A DNA stretch of 64,000 nucleotides from Eledone cirrhosa. Lineage: Eukaryota. Location of the stretch: positions 206,336,001-206,400,000 of the forward strand of contig OZ024743.1 of assembly GCA_964016885.1 (NCBI GenBank), written 5' to 3'. Position numbers and translations under genes: made by a program. Shown here in pieces: positions 25,401 to 40,010 of this stretch. The first letter of the stretch is position 1, and every line of letters starts with the position of its first letter. The notes beneath the pieces were generated by a model, which saw only the letters and a list, made by a program, of their open reading frames with translations, searched no databases and had not been told where the DNA came from.

Positions 25401-28400
25401 TCCCCTTGATTTTTTTTACGAATTATCTCCCCCTGATTTTTTTTTTTACAAATTATCTCCCCCTGATTTATTTTACAAATTATCTCCGCCTGATTTTTTT
25501 AAATATTATCTTCCCTTGGCTGGCGGGAAATTATCTCCCCTTGGACGGCTGGAAACTATCTCCCCTTGGACAGCTGGAAATTATCTGCCCTTGATTTTGT
25601 TTTTACAAATTATCTCCCCCTGATTTTTTTTACAAATTATCTCCACCTGATTTTTTAAAAAATTATCTCCTCTTGGACGGCTGGAAATTATCTCCCCTTG
25701 GCTGGAAATTATCTCCCCTTGGACGGCTAGAAATTATCTCTCTTTGGACGGCTGGAAATTATCTCCCTTTGATTTTTTTTACAAATTATCTCCCTCTGAT
25801 TTTTTTTACAAATCTCCCCTTGATTTTTTAAAAAAATTATCTCCCCTTCGCTGGCTGGAAATTATCTCCCCTTGGACACTGGAAATTATAGACCCTTGGA
25901 GGGCTGGAAATTATCTTCCCTTGGACGGCTGGAAATTATCTCCTTTGATTTTTTTCACAAATTATCTCCCCCTGATTTTTTTTTACAAATTATCTCCGCC
26001 TGATTTTTTTTAAAAAATTATCTCCCCTTGGCTGGATGGAAATTTTCTCCCCTTGGACGGCTGGAAATTATCTCCCCTTTATGTCTTCTACAAATTATCT
26101 GGCCCTGATTTTTTTTACAAATTATCTCTCCCTGATTTTTTTTACAAATCTCCCCTTGATTTTTTTAAAAAATTATCTCCCCTTCGCTGGCTGGAAATTA
26201 TCTCCCCTTGGACACTGGAAATTATAGACCCTTGGAGGGCTGGAAATTATCTTCCCTTGGACGGCTGGAAATTATCTCCTCTTGATTTTTTTTACAAATT
26301 ATCTCCCCCTGATTTTTTTTTTCAAATTATCTCCGCCTGATTTTTTTTTAAAAATTATCTCCCCTTGGCTGGATGGAAATTTTCTCCCCTTGGCCGGCTG
26401 GAAATTATTTCCCCTTGGCTGGAAATTATCTCCCCTTGGACGGCTAGAAATTATCTCTCTTTGGACGGCTGGAAATTATCTCCCCTTGATTCTTTTTACA
26501 AATTATCTCCCCCTGATTTTTTTTACAAATCTCCCAGTGATTTTTAAAAAAAAATTATCTCCCCTTCGCTGGCTGGAAATTATCTCCCCTTGGACGCTGG
26601 AAATTATAGCCCCTTGGAGGCTGGAAATTATCTTCCCTTGGACGGCTGGAAATTATCTCCACTTGATTTTTTTTACAAATTATCTCCCCCTGATTTTTTT
26701 TTACAAATTATCTCCCCCTGATTTTTTTTTTACAAATTATCTCCGCCTGATTTTTTTAAAAAAATTATCACCCCTTGGACGGCTGGAAATTATCTCCCCT
26801 TGGACGGCTGGAAATGATCTCCACTTGGACGGCTAGAAATTACCTCTCCTTGGACGGCTGAAAATTATCTCCCCTTGATTTTTTTTACGAATTATCTCCC
26901 CCTGATTTTTTTTTTTACAAATTATCTCCCCCTGATTTTATTTTACATATTATCTACCCCTGATTTTTTTTACAAATTATCTCCCCCTGATTTTTTTTTT
27001 ACAAATTATCTGCCCCTGATTTTTTTACAAATTATCTCCCACTGATTTATTTTACAAATTATCTCCGCCTGATTTTTTTAAATATTATCTTCCCTTGGCT
27101 GGCGGGAAATTATCTCCCCTTGGACGGCTGGAAACTATCTCCCCTTGGACAGCTGGAAATTATCTGCCCTTGATTTTGTTTTTACAAATTATCTCCCCCT
27201 GATTTTTTTTACAAATTATCTCCACCTGATTTTTTAAAAAATTATCTCCCCTTGGACGGCTGGAAATTATCTCCCCTTGGCTGGAAATTATCTCCCCTTG
27301 GACGGCTAGAAATTATCTCTCTTTGGACGGCTGGAAATTATCTCCCTTTGATTTTTTTTACAAATTATCTCCCTCTGATTTTTTTTACAAATCTCCCCTT
27401 GATTTTTTAAAAAAATTATCTCCCCTTTGCTGGCTGGAAATTATCTCCCCTTGGACACTGGAAATTATAGACCCTTGGAGGGCTGGAAATTATCTTCCCT
27501 TGGACGGCTGGAAATTATCTCCTCTTGATTTTTTTTACAAATTATCTCCCCCTGATTTTTTTTTACAAATTATCTCCGCCTGATTTTTTTTTAAAAATTA
27601 TCTCCCCTTGGCTGGATGGAAATTTTCTCCCCTTGGACGGCTGGAAATTATCTCCCCTTTATGTCTTCTACAAATTATCTGGCCCTGATTTTTTTTTACA
27701 AATTATCTCTCCCTGATTTTTTTTACAAATATCTCCCCTTGGCTGGCTGGAAATTATCTCCCCTTCGCTGGCTGGAAATTATCTCCCATTGGACGGCTGG
27801 AAATTATCTCCCCTTGGACGCCTAGAAATTACCTCTCCTTGGACAGCTGTAAATTATCTCCCCTTGGACGGCTGGAAATTATCTCGCCTTGGACGGCTGG
27901 AAATTATCTCCCCTTGATTTTGTATACAAATTATCTCCCCCTGATTTTTTTTTACAAATTATCTGCCCCTGATTATTTTTTTACAAATTAGCTCCGCCTG
28001 ATTTTTTTTAAAAATTATCTCCCCTTGGACGGCTGGAAATTATCTCCCCTTGGACGGCTGGAAATTATCTCCCCTTGAACGGCTAGAAATTACCTCTCCT
28101 TGGACGGCTTAAAATTATCTCCCCTTGGACGGCTGGAAATTATCTCCCCTTGATTTTTTTACAAATTATCTCCCCCTGATTTTTTTTTACAAATTATCTC
28201 CCCCTGATTTTTTTTTACAAATTATCTACCCCTGATTTTTTTTCCAAATTATCTCCCCCTGATTTTTTTTTACAAATTATCTCCCCCTGATTTTTTTTTA
28301 CAAATTATCTCCCCCTGATTTTTTTACAAATTATCTCCCCTTGGCTGGCTGGAAATTATCTCCCCTTGGAGACTGGAATTTATCTCCCCTTGGACGGCTG

Positions 28401-29311
28401 GAAATTATCTCCCCTTGGACGGCTAGAAATTACCTCTCCTTGGACGGCTGGAAATTATCTCCCCTTGAACGGCTGGAAATTATCTCCCCTTGGACGGCTG
28501 GAAATTATCTCCCCTTGGACGGCTGGAAATTACCTCTCCTTGGACGGCTGGAAATTATCTCCCCTTGGACGGCTGGAAATTATCTCCCCTTGGACGGCTG
28601 GAAATTATTTCCCCTTGATTTTTTTTACAAATTATCTCCCCCTGATTTATTTTACAAATTATCTCCGCCTGATTTTTTTAAATATTATCTTCCCTTGGCT
28701 GGCGGGAAATTATCTCCCCTTGGACGGCTGGAAACTATCTCCCCTTGGACAGCTGGAAATTATCTGCCCTTGATTTTGTTTTTACAAATTATCTCCCCCT
28801 GATTTTTTTTACAAATTATCTCCACCTGATTTTTTAAAAAATTATCTCCTCTTGGACGGCTGGAAATTATCTCCCGTTGGCTGCAAATTATCTCCCCTTG
28901 GACGGCTAGAAATTACCTCTCTTTGGACGGCTGGAAATTATCTCCCCTTGATTTTTTTTACAAATTATCTCCCCCTGATTTTTTTTACAAATCTCCCAGT
29001 GATTTTTAAAAAAAAATTATCTCCCCTTCGCTGGCTGGAAATTATCTCCCCTTGGACGCTGGAAATTATAGCCCCTTGGAGGGCTGGAAATTATCTTCCC
29101 TTGGACGGCTGGAAATTATCTCCCCTTGATTTTTTTTACATATTATCTCCCCCTGATTTTTTTTTACAAATTATCTCCCCGATTTTTTTCTACAAATTAT
29201 CTCCCCCTGATTTTTTTTTTACAAATTATCTCCGCCTGATTTTTAAAAAAAAATTATCTCCCCTTGGACGGCTGGAAATTATCTCCCCTTGGACGGCTGG
29301 AAATTATCTCC
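19469..29311 (+). repeat. HOR copy 2 (9,843 bp), variant with an alternative middle segment (~23110-25450)
   Basis: CCTAGG at 19469 and 29312. Offset 9,843 also for 15901/25744, 16439/26282, 17480/27323 and 18498/28341. Confidence 0.88.
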
Positions 29312-32300
29312 CCTAGGACGGCTAGAAATTACCTCTCCTTGGACGGCTGAAAATTATCTCCCCTTGGACGGCTGGAAATTATCTCCCCTTGATTTTTTTA
29401 CAAATTATCTCCCTCTGATTTTTTTTTACAAATTATCTCCCCCTGATTTTTTTTTACAAATTATCTCCCCCTGATTTTTTTTTACAAATTATCTCCCCCT
29501 GATTTTTTTACAAATTATCTCCCCTTGGCTGGCTGGCAATTATCTCCCCTTGGAGGCTGGAATTTATCTCCCCTTGGACGGCTGGAAATTATCTCCCCTT
29601 GGACGGCTAGAAATTACCTCTCCTTGTACGGCTGGAAATTATCTCCCCTTGAACGGCTGGAAATTATCTCCCCTTGGACGGCTGGAAATTATCTCCCCTT
29701 GGACGGCTGGAAATTACCTCTCCTTGGACGGCTGGAAATTATCTCCCCTTGGACGGCTGGAAATTATCTCCCCTTGGACGGCTGGAAATTATTTCCCCTT
29801 GATTTTTTTTACAAATTATCTCCCCCTGATTTTTTTTACAAATCTCCCCCTAATTTAAAAAAAAATTATCTCCCCTTCGCTGGCTGGAAATTATCTCCCT
29901 TTGGACGGCTTGAAATTATAGCTGCTTGTAGGGCTGGAAATTATCTCCCCTTGGACGGCTGGAAATTACCTTTCCTTCGACGGCTGAAAATTATCTCCCC
30001 TTGGACGGCTGGAAATTATCTCCTCCTGATTTTTTTTTACAAATTATCTCCGCCTGATTTTTTTTTAAAAATTATCTCCCCTTGGCTGGATGGAAATTTT
30101 CTCCCCTTGGACGGCTGGAAATTATCTCCCCTTTATGTTTTCTACAAATTATCTACCCCTGATTTTTTTTTTACGAATTATCTCTCCCTGATTTTTTTTA
30201 CAAATATCTCCCCTTGGCTGGCTGGAAATTATCTCCCCTTGGCTGGCTGGAAATTATCTCCCCTTGGACGGCTGGAAATTATCTCCCCTTGGACGCCTAG
30301 AAATCACCTCTACTTGGACAGCTGTAAATTATCTCCCCTTGGACGGCTGGAAATTATCTCGCCTTGGACGGCTGGAAATTATCTCCCCTTGATTTTTTTA
30401 CAAATTATCTCCCCCTGATTTTTTTTTTACAAATTATCTCCGCCTGATTTTTTTTTAAAATTATCTCCCCTTGGACGGCTGGAAATTATCTCCCCTTGAT
30501 TTTTTTTTCCAAATTATCTCCCCCTGATTTTTTTTTTACAAATTATCTACCCCTGATTTTTTTTTCAAATTATCTCCCCCTGATTTTTTTTACAAATTAT
30601 CTCCCCCTGATTTTTTTTTACAAATTATCTCCCCCCGATTTTTTTACAAATTATCTCCCCCTGATTTTTTTTACAAATTATCTCCGCCTGATTTTTTTTA
30701 ATATTATCTTCCCTTGGCTGGCGGGAAATTATCTCCCCTTGGACGGCTGGAAATTATCTCCCCTTGGAAGGATGGAAATTATCTCCCCTTGGACGGCTGG
30801 AAATTATCTCCCCTTGCACTGCTGGAAATTATCTCCCCTTGGACGGCTGGAATATATCTGCCCTTGATTTTGTTTTTACAAATTATCTTCCCCTGATTTT
30901 TTTACAAATTATCTCCACCTGATTTTTTAAAAAATTATCTCCCCTTGGACGGCTGGAAATTATCTCCCCTTGGCTGGAAATTATCTCCCCTTGGACGGCT
31001 AGAAATTATCTCTCTTTGGACGGCTGGAAATTATCTCCCCTTGGACGCTGGAAATTATAGCCCCTTGGAGGGCTGGAAGTTATCTTCCCTTGGAGGGCTG
31101 GAAATTATCTTCCCTTGGACGGCTAGAAATTACCTCTCCTTGGACGGCTGAAAATTATCTCCCCTTGGACGGCTGGAAATTATCTCCCCTTGATTTTTTT
31201 TACAAATTATCTCCCCCTGATTATTTTTTACAAATTATCTCCCCCTGATTTTTTTTTTACAAATTATCTCCCCTTGGACGGCTGGAAATTATCTCCCCTT
31301 GGACGGCTGGAAATTATCTCCCCTTGGACGGCTAGAAATTACCTCTCCTTGGACGGCTGAAAATTATCTCTCCTTGGACGGCTGGAAATTATCTCCCCTT
31401 TATGTCTTCTACAAATTATCTACCCCTGATTTTTTTTTACAAATTATCTCTCCCTGATTTTTTTTACAAATATCTCCCCTTGATTGGCTGGAAATTATCT
31501 CCCCTTGGCTGGCTGGAAATTATCTCCCCTTGGACGGCTGGAAATTATCTCCCCTTGGACGCCTAGAAATTACCTCTCCTTGGACAGCTGTAAATTATCT
31601 CCCCTTGGACGGCTGGAAATTATCTCGCCTTGGACGGCTGGAAATTATATCCCCTTGATTTTGTATACAAATTATCTCCCCCTGATTTTTTTTTACAAAT
31701 TATCTGCCCCTGATTATTTTTTTACAAATTAGCTCCGCCTGATTTTTTTAAAAAATTATCTCCCCTTGGACGGCTGGAAATTATCTCCCCTTGGACGGCT
31801 GGAAATTATCTCCCCTTGATTTTTTTACAAATTATCTCCCCCTGATTTTTTTTTACAAATTATCTACCCCTGATTTTTTTTTCCAAATTATCTCCCCCTG
31901 ATTTTTTTTTTACAAATTATCTCCCCCTGATTTTTTTTTACAAATTATCTCCCCCTGATTTTTTTACAAATTATCTCCCCTTGGCTGGCTGGAAATTATC
32001 TCCCCTTGGAGGCTGGAATTTATCTCCCCTTGGACGGCTGGAAATTATCTCCCCTTGGACGGCTAGAAATTACCTCTCCTTGGACGGCTGGAAATTATCT
32101 CCCCTTGAACGGCTGGAAATTATCTCCCCTTGGACGGCTGGAAATTATCTCCCCTTGGACGGCTGGAAATTACCTCTCCTTGGACGGCTGGAAATTATCT
32201 CCCCTTGGACGGATGGAAATTATCTCCCCTTGGACGGCTGGAAATTATTTCCCCTTGATTTTTTTTACAAATTATCTCCCCCTGATTTTTTTTACAAATA

Positions 32301-35300
32301 TCCCCCTAATTTAAAAAAAAATTATCTCCCCTTCGCTGGCTGGAAATTATCTCCCTTTGGACGGCTGGAAATTATAGCTGCTTGTAGGGCTGGAAATTAT
32401 CTCCCCTTGGACGGCTGGAAATTATCTCCCCTTCATTTTTTTACTAATTATCTCCCCCTGATTTTTTTTTACAAATTATCTCCGCCTGATTTTTAAAAAA
32501 AAATTATCTCCCCTTGGCTGGATGGTAATTTTCTCCCCTTGGACGGCTGGAAATTATGTCCCCTTTATGTCTTCTACACATTATCTACCCCTGATTTTTT
32601 TTACAAATATCTACCCTTGGCTGGCTGGAAATTATCTCCCCTTGGACGGCTGGAAATTATCTCCCCTTGGACGCCTAGAAATTACCTCTCCTTGGACAGC
32701 TGTAAATTATCTCCCCTTGGACGGCTGGAAATTATCTCGCCTTGGACGGCTGGAAATTATCTCCCCTTGATTTTGTATACAAATTATCTCCCCCTGATTT
32801 TTTTTTACAAATTATCTGCCCCTGATTATTTATTTTACAAATTAGCTCCGCCTGATTTTTTTTTTAAATTATCTCCCCTTGGACGGCTGGAAATTATCTC
32901 CCCTTGGACGGCTGGAAATTATCTCCCCTTGATTTTTTTACAAATTATCTCCCCCAGATTTTTTTTTACAAATTATCTCCCCCTGATTTTTTTTACAAAT
33001 TATCTCCCCCTGTTTTTTTTTACAAATTATTTCACCCTGATTTTTTTACAAATTATCTCCCCCTGATTTTTTTTACAAATTATCTCCGCCTGATTTTTTT
33101 AAATATGATCTTCCCTTGGCTGGCGGAAAATCATCTCCCCTTGGACGCCTGGAAATTATCTCCCCTTGGAAGGATGGAAATTATCTCCCCTTGGACGGCT
33201 GGAAATTATCTCCCCTTGCACTGCTGGAAATTATCTCCCCTTGGACGGCTGGAAATTATATGCCCTTGATTTTGATTTTACAAATTATCTTCCCCTGATT
33301 TTTTTTACAAATTATTTCCACCTGATTTTTTAAAAAATTATCTCCCCTTGGAAGGCTGGAAATTATCTCCCCTTGGCTGGAAATTATCTCCCCTTGGACG
33401 ATTAGAAATTATCTCTCTTTGGACGGCTGGAAATTATCTCCCCTTGATTTTTTTTACAAATTATCTCCCCCTGATTTTTTTTACAAATCTCCCAGTGATT
33501 TTTTTAAAAAAATTATCTCCCCTTCGCTGGCTGGAAATTATCTCCCCTTGGACGCTGGAAATTATAGCCCCTTGGAGGGCTGGAAGTTATCTTCCCTTGG
33601 AGGGCTGGAAATTATCTTCCCTTGGACGGCTGGAAATTATCTCCCCTTGATTTTTTTTACAAATTATCTCCCCCTGATTTTTTTTTACAAATTATCTCCC
33701 CCTGATTTTTTTTTTACCAATTATCTCCTACTGATTTTTTTAAAAATTATTTCCCCTTGGACGGCTGGAAATTATCTCCCCTTGGACGGCTGGAAATTAT
33801 CTCCCCTTGGACGGCTAGAAATTACCTCTCCTTGGACGGCTGAAAATTATCTCCCCTTGGACGGCTGGAAATTATCTCCCCTTGATTTTTTTTACAAATT
33901 ATCTCCCCCTGATTTTTTTTTACAAATTATCTCCCCCTGATTTTTTTTTACAAATTATCTCCCCCTGATTTTTTTTTACAAATTATCTCCTGATTTTTTT
34001 TACAAATTATCTCCCCTTGGCTGGCTGGAAATTATCTCCCCTTGGAGGCTGGAAATTATCTCCCCTTGGACGGCTAGAAATTACCTCTCCTTGGACGGCT
34101 GGAAATTATCTGCCCTTGGACGGCTGGAAATTATCTCTCCTTGGACGGCTGGAAATTATCTGCCCTTGGACGGCTGGAAATTATCTCCCCTTGGACGGCT
34201 GGAAATTATTTCCCCTTGATTTTTTTTACAAATTATCTCCACCTGATTTTTTTTTACAAATCTCCCCCTAATTTTAAAAAAAATTATCTCCCCTTCGCTG
34301 GCTGGAAATTATCTTCCTTTGGACGGTTGGAAATTATAGCCGCTTGTAGGGCTGGAAATTATCTCCCCTTGGACGGCTGGGAATTATCTCCCCTTGATTT
34401 TTTTACTAATTATCTCACCCTGATTTTTTTTTACAAATTATCTCCGCCTCATTTTTTAAAAAAAATTATCTCCCCTTGGCTGGATGGAAATTATCTCCCC
34501 TTGGACGGCTGGAAATTATCTCCCATTGATTTCTTCTACAAATTATCTACACCTGATTTTTTTTTTACAAATTATCTCTCCCTGATTTTTTTTTACAAAT
34601 ATCTCCCCTTGGCTGGCTGGAAATTATCTCCCGTTGGCTGGCTGGAAATTATCTCCCCTTGGACGGCTGGAAATTATCTCCCATTGATTTTTTTTACAAA
34701 TTATCTCCCCTTGGCTGGCTGGAAATTATCTCCCCTTGGCTGGCTGGAAATTATCTCCCCCTGATATTTTTTTACAAATTAGCTCCCCCTGATTTTTTTT
34801 TACAAATTATCTCCCCCTGATTTTTTTTTTTACAAATTATCTCCGCCTGATTTTTTTAAAATTATCTCCCCTCTGCTGGATGGAAATTATCTCCCCTTGG
34901 ACGGCTGGAAATTATCTCCCCTTGGAAGGATGGAAATTATCTCCCCTTGGACGGCTGGAAATTATCTCCCCTTGGACGGCTAGAAATTACCTCTCCTTGT
35001 ACGGCTGGAAATTATCTCCCCTTGAACGGCTGGAAATTATCTCCCCTTGGACGGCTGGAAATTATCTCCCCTTGGACGGCTGGAAATTACCTCTCCTTGG
35101 ACGGCTGGAAATTATCTCCCCTTGGACGGCTGGAAATTATCTCCCCTTGGACGGCTGGAAATTATTTCCCCTTGATTTTTTTTACAAATTATCTCCCCCT
35201 GATTTTTTTTACAAATCTCCCCCTAATTTAAAAAAAAATTATCTCCCCTTCGCTGGCTGGAAATTATCTCCCTTTGGACGGCTTGAAATTATAGCTGCTT

Positions 35301-38300
35301 GTAGGGCTGGAAATTATCTCCCCTTGGACGGCTGGAAATTACCTTTCCTTCGACGGCTGGAAATTATCTCCCCCTGATTTTTTTTTACAAATTATCTCCG
35401 CCTGATTTTTTTTTAAAAATTATCTCCCCTTGGCTGGATGGAAATTTTCTCCCCTTGGACGGCTGGAAATTATCTCCCCTTTATGTTTTCTACAAATTAT
35501 CTACCCCTGATTTTTTTTTTACGAATTATCTCTCCCTGATTTTTTTTACAAATATCTCCCCTTGGCTGGCTGGAAATTATCTCCCCTTGGCTGGCTGGAA
35601 ATTATCTCCCCTTGGACGGCTGGAAATTATCTCCCCTTGGACGCCTAGAAATCACCTCTACTTGGACAGCTGTAAATTATCTCCCCTTGGACGGCTGGAA
35701 ATTATCTCGCCTTGGACGGCTGGAAATTATCTCCCCTTGATTTTGTATACAAATTATCTCACCCTGATTTTTTTTTACAAATTATCTGCCCCTGATTATT
35801 TTTTTACAAATTAGCTCCGCCTGATTTTTTTTTAAAATTATCTCCCCTTGGACGGCTGGAAATTATCTCCCCTTGGACGGCTGGAAATTATCTCCCCTTG
35901 AACGGCTAGAAATTACCTCTCCTTGGACGGCTGAAAATTATCTCCCCTTGGACGGCTGGAAATTATCTCCCCTTGATTTTTTTACAAATTATCTCCCCCT
36001 GATTTTTTTTTTACAAATTATCTCCGCCTGATTTTTTTTTAAAATTATCTCCCCTTGGACGGCTGGAAATTATCTCCCCTTGGACGGCTGGAAATTATCT
36101 CCCTTGATTTTTTTTACAAATTATCTCCCCCTGATTTTTTTTTTTACAAATTATCTCCCCCTGATTTATTTTACAAATTATCTCCGCCTGATTTTTTTAA
36201 ATATTATCTTCCCTTGGCTGGCGGGAAATTATCTCCCCTTGGACGGCTGGAAACTATCTCCCCTTGGACAGCTGGAAATTATCTGCCCTTGATTTTGTTT
36301 TTACAAATTATCTCCCCCTGATTTTTTTTACAAATTATCTCCACCTGATTTTTTAAAAAATTATCTCCTCTTGGACGGCTGGAAATTATCTCCCCTTGGC
36401 TGGAAATTATCTCCCCTTGGACGGCTAGAAATTATCTCTCTTTGGACGGCTGGAAATTATCTCCCTTTGATTTTTTTTACAAATTATCTCCCTCTGATTT
36501 TTTTTACAAATCTCCCCTTGATTTTTTAAAAAAATTATCTCCCCTTCGCTGGCTGGAAATTATCTCCCCTTGGACACTGGAAATTATAGACCCTTGGAGG
36601 GCTGGAAATTATCTTCCCTTGGACGGCTGGAAATTATCTCCTTTGATTTTTTTCACAAATTATCTCCCCCTGATTTTTTTTTACAAATTATCTCCGCCTG
36701 ATTTTTTTTAAAAAATTATCTCCCCTTGGCTGGATGGAAATTTTCTCCCCTTGGACGGCTGGAAATTATCTCCCCTTTATGTCTTCTACAAATTATCTGG
36801 CCCTGATTTTTTTTACAAATTATCTCTCCCTGATTTTTTTTACAAATCTCCCCTTGATTTTTTTAAAAAATTATCTCCCCTTCGCTGGCTGGAAATTATC
36901 TCCCCTTGGACACTGGAAATTATAGACCCTTGGAGGGCTGGAAATTATCTTCCCTTGGACGGCTGGAAATTATCTCCTCTTGATTTTTTTTACAAATTAT
37001 CTCCCCCTGATTTTTTTTTTCAAATTATCTCCGCCTGATTTTTTTTTAAAAATTATCTCCCCTTGGCTGGATGGAAATTTTCTCCCCTTGGCCGGCTGGA
37101 AATTATTTCCCCTTGGCTGGAAATTATCTCCCCTTGGACGGCTAGAAATTATCTCTCTTTGGACGGCTGGAAATTATCTCCCCTTGATTCTTTTTACAAA
37201 TTATCTCCCCCTGATTTTTTTTACAAATCTCCCAGTGATTTTTAAAAAAAAATTATCTCCCCTTCGCTGGCTGGAAATTATCTCCCCTTGGACGCTGGAA
37301 ATTATAGCCCCTTGGAGGCTGGAAATTATCTTCCCTTGGACGGCTGGAAATTATCTCCACTTGATTTTTTTTACAAATTATCTCCCCCTGATTTTTTTTT
37401 ACAAATTATCTCCCCCTGATTTTTTTTTTACAAATTATCTCCGCCTGATTTTTTTAAAAAAATTATCACCCCTTGGACGGCTGGAAATTATCTCCCCTTG
37501 GACGGCTGGAAATGATCTCCACTTGGACGGCTAGAAATTACCTCTCCTTGGACGGCTGAAAATTATCTCCCCTTGATTTTTTTTACGAATTATCTCCCCC
37601 TGATTTTTTTTTTTACAAATTATCTCCCCCTGATTTTATTTTACATATTATCTACCCCTGATTTTTTTTACAAATTATCTCCCCCTGATTTTTTTTTTAC
37701 AAATTATCTGCCCCTGATTTTTTTACAAATTATCTCCCACTGATTTATTTTACAAATTATCTCCGCCTGATTTTTTTAAATATTATCTTCCCTTGGCTGG
37801 CGGGAAATTATCTCCCCTTGGACGGCTGGAAACTATCTCCCCTTGGACAGCTGGAAATTATCTGCCCTTGATTTTGTTTTTACAAATTATCTCCCCCTGA
37901 TTTTTTTTACAAATTATCTCCACCTGATTTTTTAAAAAATTATCTCCCCTTGGACGGCTGGAAATTATCTCCCCTTGGCTGGAAATTATCTCCCCTTGGA
38001 CGGCTAGAAATTATCTCTCTTTGGACGGCTGGAAATTATCTCCCTTTGATTTTTTTTACAAATTATCTCCCTCTGATTTTTTTTACAAATCTCCCCTTGA
38101 TTTTTTAAAAAAATTATCTCCCCTTTGCTGGCTGGAAATTATCTCCCCTTGGACACTGGAAATTATAGACCCTTGGAGGGCTGGAAATTATCTTCCCTTG
38201 GACGGCTGGAAATTATCTCCTCTTGATTTTTTTTACAAATTATCTCCCCCTGATTTTTTTTTACAAATTATCTCCGCCTGATTTTTTTTTTTAAAATTAT

Positions 38301-40010
38301 CTCCCCTTGGCTGGATGGAAATTTTCTCCCCTTGGACGGCTGGAAATTATCTCCCCTTTATGTCTTCTACAAATTATCTGGCCCTGATTTTTTTTTACAA
38401 ATTATCTCTCCCTGATTTTTTTTACAAATATCTCCCCTTGGCTGGCTGGAAATTATCTCCCCTTCGCTGGCTGGAAATTATCTCCCATTGGACGGCTGGA
38501 AATTATCTCCCCTTGGACGCCTAGAAATTACCTCTCCTTGGACAGCTGTAAATTATCTCCCCTTGGACGGCTGGAAATTATCTCGCCTTGGACGGCTGGA
38601 AATTATCTCCCCTTGATTTTGTATACAAATTATCTCCCCCTGATTTTTTTTTACAAATTATCTGCCCCTGATTATTTTTTTACAAATTAGCTCCGCCTGA
38701 TTTTTTTTAAAAATTATCTCCCCTTGGACAGCTGGAAATTATCTCCCCTTGGACGGCTGGAAATTATCTCCCCTTGAACGGCTAGAAATTACCTCTCCTT
38801 GGACGGCTTAAAATTATCTCCCCTTGGACGGCTGGAAATTATCTCCCCTTGATTTTTTTACAAATTATCTCCCCCTGATTTTTTTTTACAAATTATCTCC
38901 CCCTGATTTTTTTTTACAAATTATCTACCCCTGATTTTTTTTCCAAATTATCTCCCCCTGATTTTTTTTTACAAATTATCTCCCCCTGATTTTTTTTTAC
39001 AAATTATCTCCCCCTGATTTTTTTACAAATTATCTCCCCTTGGCTGGCTGGAAATTATCTCCCCTTGGAGACTGGAATTTATCTCCCCTTGGACGGCTGG
39101 AAATTATCTCCCCTTGGACGGCTAGAAATTACCTCTCCTTGGACGGCTGGAAATTATCTCCCCTTGAACGGCTGGAAATTATCTCCCCTTGGACGGCTGG
39201 AAATTATCTCCCCTTGGACGGCTGGAAATTACCTCTCCTTGGACGGCTGGAAATTATCTCCCCTTGGACGGCTGGAAATTATCTCCCCTTGGACGGCTGG
39301 AAATTATTTCCCCTTGATTTTTTTTACAAATTATCTCCCCCTGATTTATTTTACAAATTATCTCCGCCTGATTTTTTTAAATATTATCTTCCCTTGGCTG
39401 GCGGGAAATTATCTCCCCTTGGACGGCTGGAAACTATCTCCCCTTGGACAGCTGGAAATTATCTGCCCTTGATTTTGTTTTTACAAATTATCTCCCCCTG
39501 ATTTTTTTTACAAATTATCTCCACCTGATTTTTTAAAAAATTATCTCCTCTTGGACGGCTGGAAATTATCTCCCGTTGGCTGCAAATTATCTCCCCTTGG
39601 ACGGCTAGAAATTACCTCTCTTTGGACGGCTGGAAATTATCTCCCCTTGATTTTTTTTACAAATTATCTCCCCCTGATTTTTTTTACAAATCTCCCAGTG
39701 ATTTTTAAAAAAAAATTATCTCCCCTTCGCTGGCTGGAAATTATCTCCCCTTGGACGCTGGAAATTATAGCCCCTTGGAGGGCTGGAAATTATCTTCCCT
39801 TGGACGGCTGGAAATTATCTCCCCTTGATTTTTTTTACATATTATCTCCCCCTGATTTTTTTTTACAAATTATCTCCCCGATTTTTTTCTACAAATTATC
39901 TCCCCCTGATTTTTTTTTTACAAATTATCTCCGCCTGATTTTTTAAAAAAAATTATCTCCCCTTGGACGGCTGGAAATTATCTCCCCTTGGACGGCTGGA
40001 AATTATCTCC
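29312..40010 (+). repeat. HOR copy 3 (10,699 bp): canonical unit minus ~236, 75 and 25 bp deletions
   Basis: CCTAGG at 29312 and 40011. The offset to the next copy steps from 10,699 (29525/40224) to 10,935 (31484/42419), 11,010-11,011 (31981/42991, 33348/44359) and 11,036 (35455/46491). Confidence 0.9.
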
